This document shows, one piece after another, positions 9,482 to 20,058 of a stretch of 64,000 bases of DNA. Both the position numbers and the translations under genes were made by a program. The notes beneath the pieces are model-generated. The model was not told where the DNA came from, did no database searches, and saw nothing but the letters and a program-made list of their open reading frames with translations. Numbering within the stretch: the stretch's first letter is position 1; every line of letters begins with the position of its first letter. Source of the stretch: Corallococcus sp. AB038B (GTDB lineage Bacteria > Myxococcota > Myxococcia > Myxococcales > Myxococcaceae); NCBI RefSeq assembly GCF_003668955.1, contig NZ_RAWO01000002.1, positions 279,605 through 343,604 of the forward strand. The letters are read 5' to 3'.

Positions 9482-11878
9482 ATGAAGATGAATCGACGGG
9501 GCGCGCTCTGTGCGCTGCTCCTGGCGTTGGTGTGCGCCTGCGACCCGAAGGATGCGCCAACGGACCCTGGCGGCCCCGTCATCCAGACGGGCAAGGTCGC
9601 GGGGACGACGCGGACGGAAGACGGGCAGACGCTGTCGGGCGTCCTGGTCAAGGCCGAGGGCACGGATGCCAGCGCCACCACGGATGCCCAGGGCACGTTC
9701 ACCCTGTACGGGTTGAAGCCCGGCGCGCATTCCATCGTGGCGTCCCGGAAGGACTACCTGCCCGCCACCCAGGCGGTGGAGGTGAAGGCGGACGAGACGG
9801 CGACGGTGGCGCTCGTGCTGGCCGTGTCGGAGGGCCGTGTGGCGGGGACCGTCCAACTCGACGATGCGACCTCCCATGAGGGCATCACCGTCACGCTCGA
9901 TGACTCGGGCCTGAGCACCACGACGGATGCCTCGGGTGCGTTCGCGCTGGAGAATGTGAGGCGGGGGGCGTGGCGCCTCGTCGCGTCCAAGGCGGACTAC
10001 CTCGCGAGGTACGAGGTGATCACCGTGCGCGGTGACGAGACGACCTCCATGGCGCTCAAGCTGGCGCGCGCGACGAGCCGTATCACCGGGACGGTCCGCT
10101 TCGACGACGCGGCGTCGCACCAGGGAATCACCGTGTCGCTCCAGGGGACGAAGGTGAGCACGACGACGGATGCGTCCGGCGCGTTCGTGCTGGAGAACGT
10201 GAAGACGGGCACCTGGCGCATCGTCGCGTCTCAGGCGGACTACGTCGCCCGGGAGGCGGAGGTGGAGGTGCACGCGGACGCTGCGGCGACGGTGGCGCTC
10301 ACGCTGACGCGCGCGGCGGGCCGGGTGGAGGGGAAGGTGCTGCTCGACGGGGCCAGCTCGCACGAGGGCATCACCGTCTCCATCGTGGGCACGGACGCGA
10401 GCACGACCACGGATGCGTCCGGTGCGTTCGTGCTGGGCTACGTGAAGACGGGCCTCTGGGTCCTCCAGGCGACGAAGGAGAACTACCTACCGCGAGCGCA
10501 GGAGGTGACGGTCCTCGCGGGCCTGCCGGCGACGGTGTCGTTCACGCTGATGCAGCAGGTGGGCCGCGTGACGGGCACCGTCCGCATGGCGGACAACAGC
10601 TCGCTGGAGGGCGTGCTCATCTCCGCCACGGGCACCACCGAGACCACGGTGACGGACGCGCAGGGCGTCTACACGCTGTTCGCGGTGCCCGCGGGCGCCC
10701 GGACGGTAACGGCGCGCAAGAGCCACTACACGCAGGGCACGCAGGCCGTGACGGTGGTGCGCGACGAGTCGCGCCGGGCGGACTTCGAGCTGGCCCGCGT
10801 GGACGGGCCTCCGGCGGTCACCTTTCCCATGCTGTCGGTGCAGGGCGGCGCGCTCGTGCTCAAGGGCGGACCCTTCGGCTTCGTGCGCGGTGCGAGCTCC
10901 GTGACGGTGGGCGGGGTAACGGTGACGGAGTACTCCACCTGGACGGAGGAGCTGATCGTCGCCCAGGTCCCCGCGTCGCTCGCCTCGGGTGAGCAGCCGG
11001 TGGTGGTGACGATGGCTGCCCCCTGGCGTCCCGCGGTCTCCGGCTCGGTGCGGGTCCTGCGGGCCCAGACCGTGAGCGCGGCCAACGACTGGGGCGTGGC
11101 CGTCCGGACGGATGGGACCGTCGCGGCCTGGGGCAGCACGCCCTCGGGCCTGGGGGACCTGAAAGGCGTGGTGAGCGTCGGGGCGGTCTGGCTCCAGGGC
11201 GTCGCGCTGCTGAAGGACGGCTCCGTGGCGTCGTGGGGTTCGAGGAACGAAGGCCGGCCCGACGTGCACGACGGCGTCGCCGTGGCCGCGGCCGGACTGA
11301 CCCGGTTCGTGCTCCGGGCGGATGGCACCCTCATGATGTGGGGCGCCAGCGTCTATGGCGAGGACTCCCCGCCCGCCGGGCTGAAGGACGTGGTGGGCAT
11401 CCACGGCGGCTTCAGCCACGTCGTCGCCGTCACGAAGGATGGCCGCGCGGTGGCCTGGGGGCAGGGCAGCTACGACGCCACGAAGGTGCCGGCGGACCTC
11501 TCGAACGTCGTGGCGGTGGCGCCCGCGGGCTTCCACAACGTGGCGCTGCGCCAGGACGGCACCGTGGCGGCGTGGGGCTCCAACGTCTATGGCGAGGGTA
11601 ACGTCCCAGGCGGCCTCAAGAACGTCGTCTCCGTCGCGGCCGGGCAGTTCCACAGCTACGCCCTCCAGAAGGACGGCACGGTGTGGTGCTGGGGTAACAA
11701 CGACGGCGGGCGCTGCAACGTCCCCGCGGGGCTGACCGGCGTGGCGGAGGTGATCAACATCGGGAACGGGGAGGGGTCCATCGCGCTCAAGCAGGACGGG
11801 ACCCTGGTGAGCTGGGGGACCACCTACGGCTTCAGTCGTCCTCCCGGAGGACTCGTCGTGGTGGTGCCGCCCCGCTAG
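9482..11878 (+). CDS. Lipoprotein with five Cna-B/CarbopepD_reg-like repeats, an IPT-like segment and C-terminal RCC1-type beta-propeller repeats
   Basis: Lipobox LVCAC. Five ~77-aa repeats containing TDAQG/TDASG(A/T)F. The C-terminal half has repeated D/KDGTV.AWG blades (RCC1-like). Confidence 0.7.
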   Translation: MKMNRRGALCALLLALVCACDPKDAPTDPGGPVIQTGKVAGTTRTEDGQTLSGVLVKAEGTDASATTDAQGTFTLYGLKPGAHSIVASRKDYLPATQAVEVKADETATVALVLAVSEGRVAGTVQLDDATSHEGITVTLDDSGLSTTTDASGAFALENVRRGAWRLVASKADYLARYEVITVRGDETTSMALKLARATSRITGTVRFDDAASHQGITVSLQGTKVSTTTDASGAFVLENVKTGTWRIVASQADYVAREAEVEVHADAAATVALTLTRAAGRVEGKVLLDGASSHEGITVSIVGTDASTTTDASGAFVLGYVKTGLWVLQATKENYLPRAQEVTVLAGLPATVSFTLMQQVGRVTGTVRMADNSSLEGVLISATGTTETTVTDAQGVYTLFAVPAGARTVTARKSHYTQGTQAVTVVRDESRRADFELARVDGPPAVTFPMLSVQGGALVLKGGPFGFVRGASSVTVGGVTVTEYSTWTEELIVAQVPASLASGEQPVVVTMAAPWRPAVSGSVRVLRAQTVSAANDWGVAVRTDGTVAAWGSTPSGLGDLKGVVSVGAVWLQGVALLKDGSVASWGSRNEGRPDVHDGVAVAAAGLTRFVLRADGTLMMWGASVYGEDSPPAGLKDVVGIHGGFSHVVAVTKDGRAVAWGQGSYDATKVPADLSNVVAVAPAGFHNVALRQDGTVAAWGSNVYGEGNVPGGLKNVVSVAAGQFHSYALQKDGTVWCWGNNDGGRCNVPAGLTGVAEVINIGNGEGSIALKQDGTLVSWGTTYGFSRPPGGLVVVVPPR
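9593..10790 (+). repeat. In-frame tandem array of five ~230-bp repeat units encoding CarbopepD_reg-like domains (approximate bounds)
   Basis: The repeated peptide blocks are visible in the translation of 9482..11878. Confidence 0.5.
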
Positions 11879-12045
11879 CCCCGTGGGAATGACGTCGCAG
11901 TGAAGGAAAGAAGCGGTCTGGAAGGATGAATCGCCAGGCCGCTTCCGCGTCCAGGAGCTGACTGGACGCACCGCCGAGCCCCTCCGAGGGCCAGATGCTG
12001 AAGTCCTCGCGCCGGCCGGAGCGCGCTCACCCAGGAAGAACCCCC

Positions 12046-12663
12046 ATGATGACGTTGAAGACGCGAAGCAGCGTGCTCTGCGCGCTGTTGATGGCCGTGG
12101 TGTTGTCCGCGTGCGATCCCGAGATCGAGCTTGTCGATGATCCGGCCGATAAGGAGCCCCGGCCCGGGCGGGTGACGGGCGTCGTGCTGACGGAGCAAGG
12201 CGAACCTCTCAAGGACTTCGAGGTCACCCTCCTGGAGACCGACAAGACGGTCATCTCGGACGCGCAGGGCAAGTTCACCTTCGAGTCGCTCCCTCCGGGC
12301 AACTACACCCTGATGGCCGCGGGGCCGGGCTACGACGTGGAGCAGCAGGAGGTCGAGGTGGAGGCGGGCATGACCCTCGCCATGTCCTTCAACCTGAAGG
12401 CCACCATCATCCGCGTGTCCGGCAAGGTCCAGCAGGCGGACGGGACGGCGCTCGTCGGCGTCTACATCTCCGTCCTGGACCACGAGACGAAGGAGGTCCT
12501 GGAGCGCGCGACCACGAATACGTCCGGGGAGTTCTCCGTGGACCTGGCGCCCGGCCTCTACACGATTGAAGCCGAGCGTGATGGCTTCGAGACGTACTCG
12601 GACCTCCTGATCGTGATCCAGGACCCGGATCCCGTGAGCATCACCCTGCAGCCGGCGGGGTAA
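12046..12663 (+). CDS. Lipoprotein with two CarbopepD_reg-like domains
   Basis: Signal peptide plus lipobox LSAC. DAQGKFTF and TSGEFSV beta-sandwich motifs. Confidence 0.6.
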   Translation: MMTLKTRSSVLCALLMAVVLSACDPEIELVDDPADKEPRPGRVTGVVLTEQGEPLKDFEVTLLETDKTVISDAQGKFTFESLPPGNYTLMAAGPGYDVEQQEVEVEAGMTLAMSFNLKATIIRVSGKVQQADGTALVGVYISVLDHETKEVLERATTNTSGEFSVDLAPGLYTIEAERDGFETYSDLLIVIQDPDPVSITLQPAG

Positions 12664-12673
12664 CGGAAGCAGC

Positions 12674-12703
12674 GGAGCGCCCGGTGGGAACGCCGGGCGC
12701 TCC
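12674..12703. terminator. Bidirectional GC-rich hairpin between convergent genes
   Basis: ggagcgcccgg-tgggaacg-ccgggcgctcc gives an 11-bp stem and 8-nt loop. It lies 11 nt after the stop of the 12046..12663 gene and 10 nt before the stop of the 12713..13465 gene. Confidence 0.5.
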
Positions 12704-12712
12704 TTGGCGTCT

Positions 12713-13465
12713 TCAGTCCGTGTACGCGAAGGCGTGCCAGCTCAGGTCCGGGCTGCCGCGGAAGAGGAAGATGGCCGCGTGGCCGGAGAGGTTGCCCACC
12801 GCGGCCCAGGTGTCCTTGAGCGCGCGCGGATCCAGGCCCAGGCGCGCGGGCGGCTTGCCGTACTTCTTCTCCATCTCCGCGATGGGCAGCACTTCGATGT
12901 CGTAGAGGGTGACCAGGTCCGTGCGCCGCGAGCGCAGCTGCTTCACCCACGCCTGCACCAGCTCGTCGGGCGTGTTGAAGCGCTTGTCCTCCAGCTGGAA
13001 CGGGAAGCTCAGCTCCGTGGACGCGTTGCGCACATCCCCCGTGAGCAGGCTCTGGAAGAGGAAGCGCGCCTCGTTGTGGATCACCGAACGGGCGATGCCC
13101 TCGGGGGACAGGTCCTCTTCGGTGGGACGCGAGGCTTCGCGACCCGGGGCCAGCTGGACGGTGCCCGCGGAGGAGGGGGTGGCCGGCGTGGGCGGCCGCG
13201 CCGTGGGGGACATGGGCACGGAGCCCGGAGGCGGGGTGGGGGCGGGCGTGGGCTTGCGAGGGGCCGGAGTGGGAGCCGCCGCTGGAGCCTGGGCCGCGGG
13301 CGGCTGCTGGGCCTCCGCGGGGGCGGGCGTCGGAGCCGGAGTGGGCGCGGCGGGGGCTGGCGCCGGGGTCGGCTCGGCGGGAGCGGGCGTGGCGGCCGGA
13401 GCGGTGTCCTGGGCGAGGGCGGGCACGGAGAGAAGGACGAGCAGGGCCAGGGGCCAGCGACGCAT
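12713..13465 (-). CDS. Secreted protein with a Pro/Ala/Thr-rich low-complexity linker and a C-terminal globular domain
   Basis: Signal peptide MRRWPLALLVLLSVPALAQD, then ~90 aa of PAPT repeats. The ORF-track N-terminal extension is rejected. Confidence 0.6.
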   Translation of the reverse strand: MRRWPLALLVLLSVPALAQDTAPAATPAPAEPTPAPAPAAPTPAPTPAPAEAQQPPAAQAPAAAPTPAPRKPTPAPTPPPGSVPMSPTARPPTPATPSSAGTVQLAPGREASRPTEEDLSPEGIARSVIHNEARFLFQSLLTGDVRNASTELSFPFQLEDKRFNTPDELVQAWVKQLRSRRTDLVTLYDIEVLPIAEMEKKYGKPPARLGLDPRALKDTWAAVGNLSGHAAIFLFRGSPDLSWHAFAYTD

Positions 13466-13607
13466 GAAACCTCCGGAGGGAAGCGCGGCAGCGTAGCAGA
13501 GGACGCCGGGCCGGGGTCTCCCGAGCAAGCAGGCATCGGACGGTCTCTTCGGATGCCACAACGCACCGCGTGCATGTGGCGGCGGACGTTGGTATGGGGG
13601 GCGCCCG

Positions 13608-16600
13608 ATGCCCAAGCGTACCGATATCCGGAAGGTTCTCGTGATTGGCTCGGGCCCGATTGTCATCGGGCAGGCCGTCGAGTTCGACTACTCAGGCACC
13701 CAGGCGATCAAGGCGCTTCGGGACGAGGGCGTGGAGGTGGTGCTGCTCAACAGCAACCCCGCCACGGTGATGACGGACCCAGAGTTCGCGCACCGCACCT
13801 ACATTGAACCCATCACCGTGGAGGCGGCGGAGAAGATTCTCGCCGCCGAGCGCCCGGATTCGCTGCTGCCCACCATGGGCGGGCAGACGGCGCTGAACCT
13901 GGCCAAGGCGCTCGCGGAGAAGGGCATCCTGGAGAAGTACGGGGTGCGGCTCATTGGCGCGTCCCTGGAGGCCATCAACAAGGCCGAGGACCGCCAGCTC
14001 TTCAAGGCGGCCATGCAGAAGATTGGCGTGGCGCTGCCCAAGAGCGGCTACGCGACGACGCTCACGGACGCCATGGCGCTGGTGGAGGAGATTGGCTTCC
14101 CGGCCATCATCCGTCCGTCCTTCACGTTGGGCGGCACGGGCGGCGGCATCGCGTACAACCGCGAGGAGTTCGAGGCCATCTGCCGCTCGGGCCTCAAGGC
14201 GAGCCCCACCTCCACCATCCTCGTGGAGGAGAGCGTGCTCGGCTGGAAGGAGTACGAGCTGGAGGTGGTCCGCGACTCCGCGGACAACGTCATCATCATC
14301 TGCTCCATCGAGAACCTGGATCCGATGGGCGTGCACACCGGTGACTCCATCACCGTGGCGCCGGCGCAGACGCTGACGGACCGCGAGTACCAGCGCATGC
14401 GGCAGGCGTCGCTGGCCATCATCCGCGAGATTGGCGTCGACACGGGTGGCTCCAACATCCAGTTCGGCATCCACCCGGGTGACGGCCGCATGGTCGTCAT
14501 TGAAATGAACCCGCGCGTGTCGCGCTCCAGCGCGCTGGCGTCCAAGGCGACGGGCTACCCCATCGCGAAGATCGCCGCGAAGCTGGCGCTGGGCTACACG
14601 CTGGATGAATTGCGCAACGACATCACCCGCGACACGCCGGCCTCCTTCGAGCCGACGCTGGACTACGTGGTGGTGAAGGTGCCGCGCTTCAACTTCGAGA
14701 AGTTCCCCAAGGCGGACCGCACGCTGACCACGAGCATGCGCTCGGTGGGCGAGGTGATGGCCATTGGCCGCACCTTCCCCGAGGCGTACATGAAGGCGCT
14801 GCGCTCCATGGAGCTGGGGCGCGTGGGCCTGGAGTCGCCGGAGCTGCCCACGGAGAAGGAAGAGCGGGAGAAGGTGCTGCACGAGGGCCTGCGCGTGCCC
14901 CGTCCGGAGCGCCCGTGGTTCGTGGCGCAGGCCTTCCGCGAGGGCATGACGGTGGAGCAGGTGCACCAGCTCTCCGCCATCGACCCGTGGTTCCTGCGGC
15001 ACATCGAGGCGCTGGTGCACGAGGCGCAGTCGCTGGCGGACATTGGCCGCCTGGATCACCTGGCGGACGACGTGCTCCGTCAGGCGAAGGCGCACGGCTT
15101 CTCCGACAAGTACCTGGGCAACCTGATGGGCTACCCGGAGGCGGAGGTGCGGGCGCACCGTCACTCGCGCGGCATCCGTCCGGTGTTCAAGCGGGTGGAC
15201 ACCTGCGCCGCGGAGTTCGAGGCGTACACGCCCTACCTGTACTCCACCTACGAGGAGGAGGACGAGGCGCCCCCCACGGACCGGCAGAAGGTCCTGATTC
15301 TGGGCAGCGGCCCCATCCGCATCGGACAGGGCATCGAGTTCGACTACGCGTGCGTGCACGCGGCCTTCGCGCTGCGCGAGGCCGGGTACGAGACGGTGAT
15401 GGTCAACTGCAACCCGGAGACGGTGTCCACGGACTACGACACGTCCGACCGCCTCTACTTCGAGCCGCTGACGATTGAAGACGTGCTGGAGGTGTCCCAG
15501 CGCGAGAAGCCGGTGGGCGCCATCGTGCAGTTCGGCGGGCAGACGCCGCTGCGCCTGAGCGTGCCGCTGGAGCAGGCGGGGCTGCCGATTCTTGGCACTT
15601 CGCCGGACGCCATCGACCGGGCGGAGGACCGCGAGAAGTTCTCCAAGCTGATTGAGAAGCTGGGCCTGAAGCAGCCGGAGAACGGCGTCGCGCGCAGCCA
15701 CGCGGAGGCCTTCAAGGTGGCCGAGCGGATTGGCTACCCGGTGATGGTGCGTCCGTCGTACGTGCTGGGCGGCCGGGCGATGGAGACGGTCTACGACGCG
15801 TCCAGCCTGGAGCGCTACATGCGCGAGGCGGTGAGCGCGTCGCCGGAGCACCCGGTGCTGATTGATCGCTTCCTGAAGGACGCCATCGAAGTGGACCTGG
15901 ACCTGGTGGCGGACCGCACGGGGCAGGTGCTGATTGGCGGCGTGCTGGAGCACATCCAAGAGGCGGGCGTGCACTCGGGTGACGCGGCGGCGACGCTGCC
16001 TCCGCACTCGCTGTCGCCGGACCTGGTGGAGCGGATGAAGGACCAGGCCATCTCCATGGCGCGCGAGCTGGGCGTGGTGGGCCTGATGAACGTGCAGTTC
16101 GCCATCCAGGGGAAGAACATCTACATCCTGGAAGTGAACCCGCGCGCGAGCCGCACGGTGCCGTTCATCTCCAAGGCGACGGGCGTCCCGATGGCGAAGA
16201 TTGCCGCGCTCTGCATGGTGGGCAAGACGTTGAAGGAACTGGACCGCACGGAGGAGCCGGAGTTCCGGCACGTGGCGGTGAAGGAGAGCGTCTTCCCGTT
16301 CGCGCGCTTCGCCGGGGTGGACGTGATTCTGGGCCCGGAGATGAAGTCCACGGGCGAGGTCATGGGCCTGGCGGAGGACTACGCCTCCGCGTTCGCGAAG
16401 AGCCAGCTGGCGGCGGGCGTGAAGCTGCCCAAGAGCGGCCGGGTGTTCATCTCCGTGAAGGACGAGGACAAGCCGGCGGTGGTGGACCTGGCGCGGCGTC
16501 TGCGGTCGATGGGCTTCACCCTGACGGCGACGGCGGGCACGCACGACTACCTGCTGACGAAGGGCATCGAGTCGCAGCGGGTGCAGAAGGTGAAGGAGGG

Positions 16601-16859
16601 CCGGCCGAACATCGTCGACAAGATCGTCGACGGGGAGATCGTCCTGGTCATCAACACCACCTTCGGCAAGCAGGAGATCTCCGACAGCTTCTCCATCCGG
16701 CGTGAGGCGCTGATGCACTCGGTGCCGTACTACACGACGGTGCAGGCGGCGCGCATGGCGGTGGGAGCGCTGGAGTCGCTGAAGCGCTCGGACCTCGCCG
16801 TGAAGCCGCTGCAGAGCTACCTGTACGGTGAGAACGGCGTGCCCCCGGCGCGCCGGTAG
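13608..16859 (+). CDS. carB: Carbamoyl-phosphate synthase large subunit
   Basis: Length 1083 aa. Two ATP-grasp halves (the [15 protein letters not shown] motif occurs twice) and an MGS-like C-terminal domain. Confidence 0.95.
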   Translation: MPKRTDIRKVLVIGSGPIVIGQAVEFDYSGTQAIKALRDEGVEVVLLNSNPATVMTDPEFAHRTYIEPITVEAAEKILAAERPDSLLPTMGGQTALNLAKALAEKGILEKYGVRLIGASLEAINKAEDRQLFKAAMQKIGVALPKSGYATTLTDAMALVEEIGFPAIIRPSFTLGGTGGGIAYNREEFEAICRSGLKASPTSTILVEESVLGWKEYELEVVRDSADNVIIICSIENLDPMGVHTGDSITVAPAQTLTDREYQRMRQASLAIIREIGVDTGGSNIQFGIHPGDGRMVVIEMNPRVSRSSALASKATGYPIAKIAAKLALGYTLDELRNDITRDTPASFEPTLDYVVVKVPRFNFEKFPKADRTLTTSMRSVGEVMAIGRTFPEAYMKALRSMELGRVGLESPELPTEKEEREKVLHEGLRVPRPERPWFVAQAFREGMTVEQVHQLSAIDPWFLRHIEALVHEAQSLADIGRLDHLADDVLRQAKAHGFSDKYLGNLMGYPEAEVRAHRHSRGIRPVFKRVDTCAAEFEAYTPYLYSTYEEEDEAPPTDRQKVLILGSGPIRIGQGIEFDYACVHAAFALREAGYETVMVNCNPETVSTDYDTSDRLYFEPLTIEDVLEVSQREKPVGAIVQFGGQTPLRLSVPLEQAGLPILGTSPDAIDRAEDREKFSKLIEKLGLKQPENGVARSHAEAFKVAERIGYPVMVRPSYVLGGRAMETVYDASSLERYMREAVSASPEHPVLIDRFLKDAIEVDLDLVADRTGQVLIGGVLEHIQEAGVHSGDAAATLPPHSLSPDLVERMKDQAISMARELGVVGLMNVQFAIQGKNIYILEVNPRASRTVPFISKATGVPMAKIAALCMVGKTLKELDRTEEPEFRHVAVKESVFPFARFAGVDVILGPEMKSTGEVMGLAEDYASAFAKSQLAAGVKLPKSGRVFISVKDEDKPAVVDLARRLRSMGFTLTATAGTHDYLLTKGIESQRVQKVKEGRPNIVDKIVDGEIVLVINTTFGKQEISDSFSIRREALMHSVPYYTTVQAARMAVGALESLKRSDLAVKPLQSYLYGENGVPPARR

Positions 16860-16872
16860 TCCCGTGAAGACT

Positions 16873-16905
16873 CGCGGCCCCTGTGTGTTGGGGGCCGCGT
16901 GTTTC
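16873..16905 (+). terminator. Candidate intrinsic terminator of carB
   Basis: cgcggcccc-tgtgtgtt-ggggccgcg hairpin followed by a tgtttc tract, 14 nt after the carB stop. Confidence 0.5.
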
Positions 16906-17110
16906 ACTCGCGTCGCGACCCGGGGGAAGCACCCGCCTTGCTATGACTTGCATGGCTTGGCTGTTTTCACGCATTTGAAGACATGTCCTGGAGGGCGCAC
17001 CGGATGAAGGCGTGCGTCCTGGCGTGCTATGTCCATGCGCATCGCGCGGGGGGCTTCCGCGTGGCGCTGCATGGGTGGGGGGCCCCGCCCGTCGAGGTGA
17101 GGCTTCCTTC

Positions 17111-19117
17111 ATGGTGTTCCTGCTCCCGCTTGGAGTGGACGGTGCGACGTTGGACCGTCGCCCCTGGGTCTCCGTCTCCATCGCCGCCATCTGTGCCGTG
17201 GCCTTCTTCATCACCTGGGTGGTTCCCTCGAACCCGGGCGGGGTGGGTGAGGGCGAGATTCGCGAGCTGCTCCAGGAGACGCTCGCCCATCCCGACCTGG
17301 AGCTGCCCACAGGCTGCACCGCGCTGCTCAGTGCGCACGGCAAGGCGCTGCTGGCCCAGTTGAAGAAGGAGGCGGAGGCGCCAGCCTGGGACGTGGATGT
17401 GAATGCGCTCCAGGCGCGGCTCGACGCGCACTGTGCGAGCGTCCTGGAGGCGAGGGATTCGGGTCTGCTCAACCGCCTGGGGCTCGTGCCCGCTCGGGGC
17501 CTGCTGCAATGGGGCTGGCTGACGTACATGTTCCTGCACCTCGGGTGGATGCACCTGCTGGGGAACCTGCTGTTCTTCTACGTCGTGGGGTTGCTGCTCG
17601 AGGATGCCTGGGGACGGCCGCTGTTCGCGGCCTTCTACGGGGTAGGGGGCCTGGTGGCGGGGATTGCCCACTTCGCGCTCGACACGCAATCCCAGACATT
17701 GATGGTCGGTGCCTCCGGAGCGGTGGCGGCGTGCATGGGCGCGTTCTGTCTGCGCTTCGCCATGCGCAAGGTCCGCGTGGGCTACCTCTTCTGGTTCCTG
17801 AAAATCTGGCGCGGCACCTTCGGTGTTCCGGGCTGGCTGTGGGCGGGCCTCTGGTTCGGCAACCAGGTGCTCGACTTCCTCTGGGGCAACAACACGGGCG
17901 TCGCGGTGATGGCTCACATTGGTGGGTTCGTCTTCGGCTTCGGCGCGGCCAGCGCGTTGCGTGTGACACGCATGGAGGAGCGCTTCGTCGCCCCCGCCAT
18001 CGCCGCGCGTGAAGGGGGCTGGGTGGCGGACCCGCGCATGCTGGAGGCTCAGACGGCGCTGGACGGCGGCGACCGGGAGAAGGCAAGGGCGACCTTCCAG
18101 CGCATCCTGGCGGACCATCCGGACAACACCGAGGCGCTGCTCTTCCTGGGGCGGATGGAGCTGGAGGACGGCCGGGTGCCTTCCGGCTCCGCGCGGGTGG
18201 AAAAGGCGCTGCAACTGCTGGTGGGACATGAGGTCCCCGAACCGCTCTGGCACGCGGTGGACCAGTTGGGGGAGCTGTTCCCCGTGGACCGGCTGCGCCC
18301 GGGTGTCGCCTGGCGCGTGGCGCAGGGCATGGACCAGGAGGGGGCTCCCTCCAACTCAGTGGGGATGGCCGAGTCGCTCTACGCCGCGGCCGGCAAGGGC
18401 ACTGGCGCCATGGCGGTGCGCGCCCTGATTCGAGCCGCGGAGCTGCGGCTGGCGCGCCGCGACGCGCCGGAGAAGGCAACGGAATACCTGACCCGGGCGA
18501 AGCCGATGGCGACAGGCGATGCCGCCGCGTTGGCGGAACGGATCGGCCAGCTGGAGTTGGAGGCGGTCCGGATGGAGGCGCGGATGAAGGACCGGGGAAT
18601 CGCCCTGGACACGGAGTCCTCCACGCCAAGGACTCAAGCAGTCGCGGCCCTGGCGCCCGAGTCGTCCGGAGGCTCCACGCTGCCCCCGCGAATCATCCCC
18701 TGTCGCATCCTGGGGCTGTCCGACAAGGCCCTGATGGTGGAGGCCCAGGGAGGACAGCGCCGGTCGCTGGCCGTCACGGAGGTCATGGCGGTGGCCGTGG
18801 GAATGCTGCCCATCGCCGGGCCCGAAGGGGCGGCCCCGCGGCAGACGGTGCTCACCGACCTGGTGGTGTCCTGGGGCGACCTGTCGCGAGGGCCGACCGT
18901 GCTGCGCATCCCGGCCGCCGGGCTCGGGTTGCCAGAGCGCTATCCTGGCCTCGCGCCGCGAGACGCCTACGCGCGCTTCCTGTCGGCGCTGCTGGAGCAC
19001 TCCAGCGCCAACGCCCTGCCGGACGCGCCCACGCTGGCCGAGGGCCGCTATCCACGCTTCGCCACCGAGGGCGAGCTCACGGCGCACTACTATGGGCAGG
19101 AGTCCGCGGCGGCCTGA
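17111..19117 (+). CDS. Rhomboid-family intramembrane serine protease with a ~370-aa C-terminal soluble extension (TPR-like region)
   Basis: TM core carries the catalytic GASGAV serine motif and a downstream AHIGGFVFG histidine. The start is uncertain; the upstream TTG or ATG at 17012 is possible. Confidence 0.65.
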   Translation: MVFLLPLGVDGATLDRRPWVSVSIAAICAVAFFITWVVPSNPGGVGEGEIRELLQETLAHPDLELPTGCTALLSAHGKALLAQLKKEAEAPAWDVDVNALQARLDAHCASVLEARDSGLLNRLGLVPARGLLQWGWLTYMFLHLGWMHLLGNLLFFYVVGLLLEDAWGRPLFAAFYGVGGLVAGIAHFALDTQSQTLMVGASGAVAACMGAFCLRFAMRKVRVGYLFWFLKIWRGTFGVPGWLWAGLWFGNQVLDFLWGNNTGVAVMAHIGGFVFGFGAASALRVTRMEERFVAPAIAAREGGWVADPRMLEAQTALDGGDREKARATFQRILADHPDNTEALLFLGRMELEDGRVPSGSARVEKALQLLVGHEVPEPLWHAVDQLGELFPVDRLRPGVAWRVAQGMDQEGAPSNSVGMAESLYAAAGKGTGAMAVRALIRAAELRLARRDAPEKATEYLTRAKPMATGDAAALAERIGQLELEAVRMEARMKDRGIALDTESSTPRTQAVAALAPESSGGSTLPPRIIPCRILGLSDKALMVEAQGGQRRSLAVTEVMAVAVGMLPIAGPEGAAPRQTVLTDLVVSWGDLSRGPTVLRIPAAGLGLPERYPGLAPRDAYARFLSALLEHSSANALPDAPTLAEGRYPRFATEGELTAHYYGQESAAA

Positions 19118-19275
19118 TGCTGGAATGGAGCGGGTTGTAGGTGCTTGGAAGCACATGGCCTCCTGTTCAATCCAGCTCCCTCCGTGGTATCCGCATACTT
19201 TTGCGCCCCGCGAGGCCGGGGCCCGGTCCGCTCCCGAGACGTACGCATGCAACCACTGACACGAGGGGTCTTGTC

Positions 19276-20049
19276 ATGACGTCGGCAACTATTCTCCGCT
19301 GGCGGTCCCCCACGTTCCGTCTCTTGATTCCCGCGACGTTGTCGGTGGGCCTGTTGACCAGCTGCGAAAGCCCCCAGGACAAGGTTGTTCGTGGCTTGAT
19401 GGAGACCAAGGCGTGTAACGGCTGTCAGTTGGTCGGGGTGCGACTGGAAGGGGCTGTGTTGCCAGGGGCTCAGCTCCGGGACGCCGCCCTGCGGGAAGCA
19501 CAGCTAGCCCGGGCGAATCTGCGTGGCGCGGACCTGAGTGGGGCCTCGCTGGCTGCGACCGACCTGCGGCATGCCGAGTTGCAAGGCGCCCTCTTCGAAG
19601 GGGCCTATCTGACAGGCACCCAATTCCAGGACGCCAATCTGGAAGGGGCGGACCTTCGTGCGGCACGCTCCCTGGAAAGCGCTGACTTCACAGGTGCGAA
19701 TCTGCGGAAGGCTCAGCTTTCAGGCAGCAGTTTTTTTGGCCCAGACGGTCCGTATCAGCGCACCGAGCGCTCCCACTTCTACTCTGTCCCCAGCGGTGGG
19801 GCGAGCTTGCCTCGGGCGGACCTGCGAGCCGCGGACTTGAAGAACGCGGTCCTCGCATCCTGCAACCTGCAAGGCGCCCAACTTCAGGGCGCCAGCTTGC
19901 GCGATGCTTCGCTGGAGGGCGCTGACCTTCGCGGCGCGAATCTCCAGGATGCGGACCTGCATGGAGCCCGGCTTGAGCGAGCCATCTGGGTGGATGGCAC
20001 ACGCTGTGGGCCTGGCTCCATTGGCCGCTGCACCCCCGAGAAGCCATGA
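19276..20049 (+). CDS. Pentapeptide-repeat lipoprotein
   Basis: Lipobox LLTSC, then successive A(D/N)L..A.L pentapeptide repeats. Confidence 0.7.
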   Translation: MTSATILRWRSPTFRLLIPATLSVGLLTSCESPQDKVVRGLMETKACNGCQLVGVRLEGAVLPGAQLRDAALREAQLARANLRGADLSGASLAATDLRHAELQGALFEGAYLTGTQFQDANLEGADLRAARSLESADFTGANLRKAQLSGSSFFGPDGPYQRTERSHFYSVPSGGASLPRADLRAADLKNAVLASCNLQGAQLQGASLRDASLEGADLRGANLQDADLHGARLERAIWVDGTRCGPGSIGRCTPEKP

Positions 20050-20058
20050 CCGTCCGTC

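Noticed and set aside
9593-10790. Tandem ~230-bp DNA repeats; considered as a CRISPR-like or satellite array
   Set aside because: The repeats are in-frame, variable and encode protein domains. There are no short constant repeats with unique spacers and no cas genes. There is no CRISPR array anywhere in the window.
17111-19117. Rhomboid as the dedicated sorting protease (rhombosortase-like) for the MYXO-CTERM giant protein
   Set aside because: MYXO-CTERM proteins are thought to be processed by a separate archaeosortase-like or CPBP-type myxosortase. Rhombosortases are small (~200 aa) and pair with GlyGly-CTERM. This rhomboid is 669 aa and separated by unrelated genes.
19118-19275. Possible small RNA or tRNA in intergenic gaps (2063-2219, 9315-9481, 11879-12045, 16906-17110, 19118-19275, 50199-50408, 53307-53579)
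   Set aside because: No cloverleaf-compatible sequence or conserved tRNA boxes (GTTC.A..C / TAGC..GG-type) were seen by eye. Only promoter or terminator-like features were seen. This cannot be excluded without tRNAscan or infernal.
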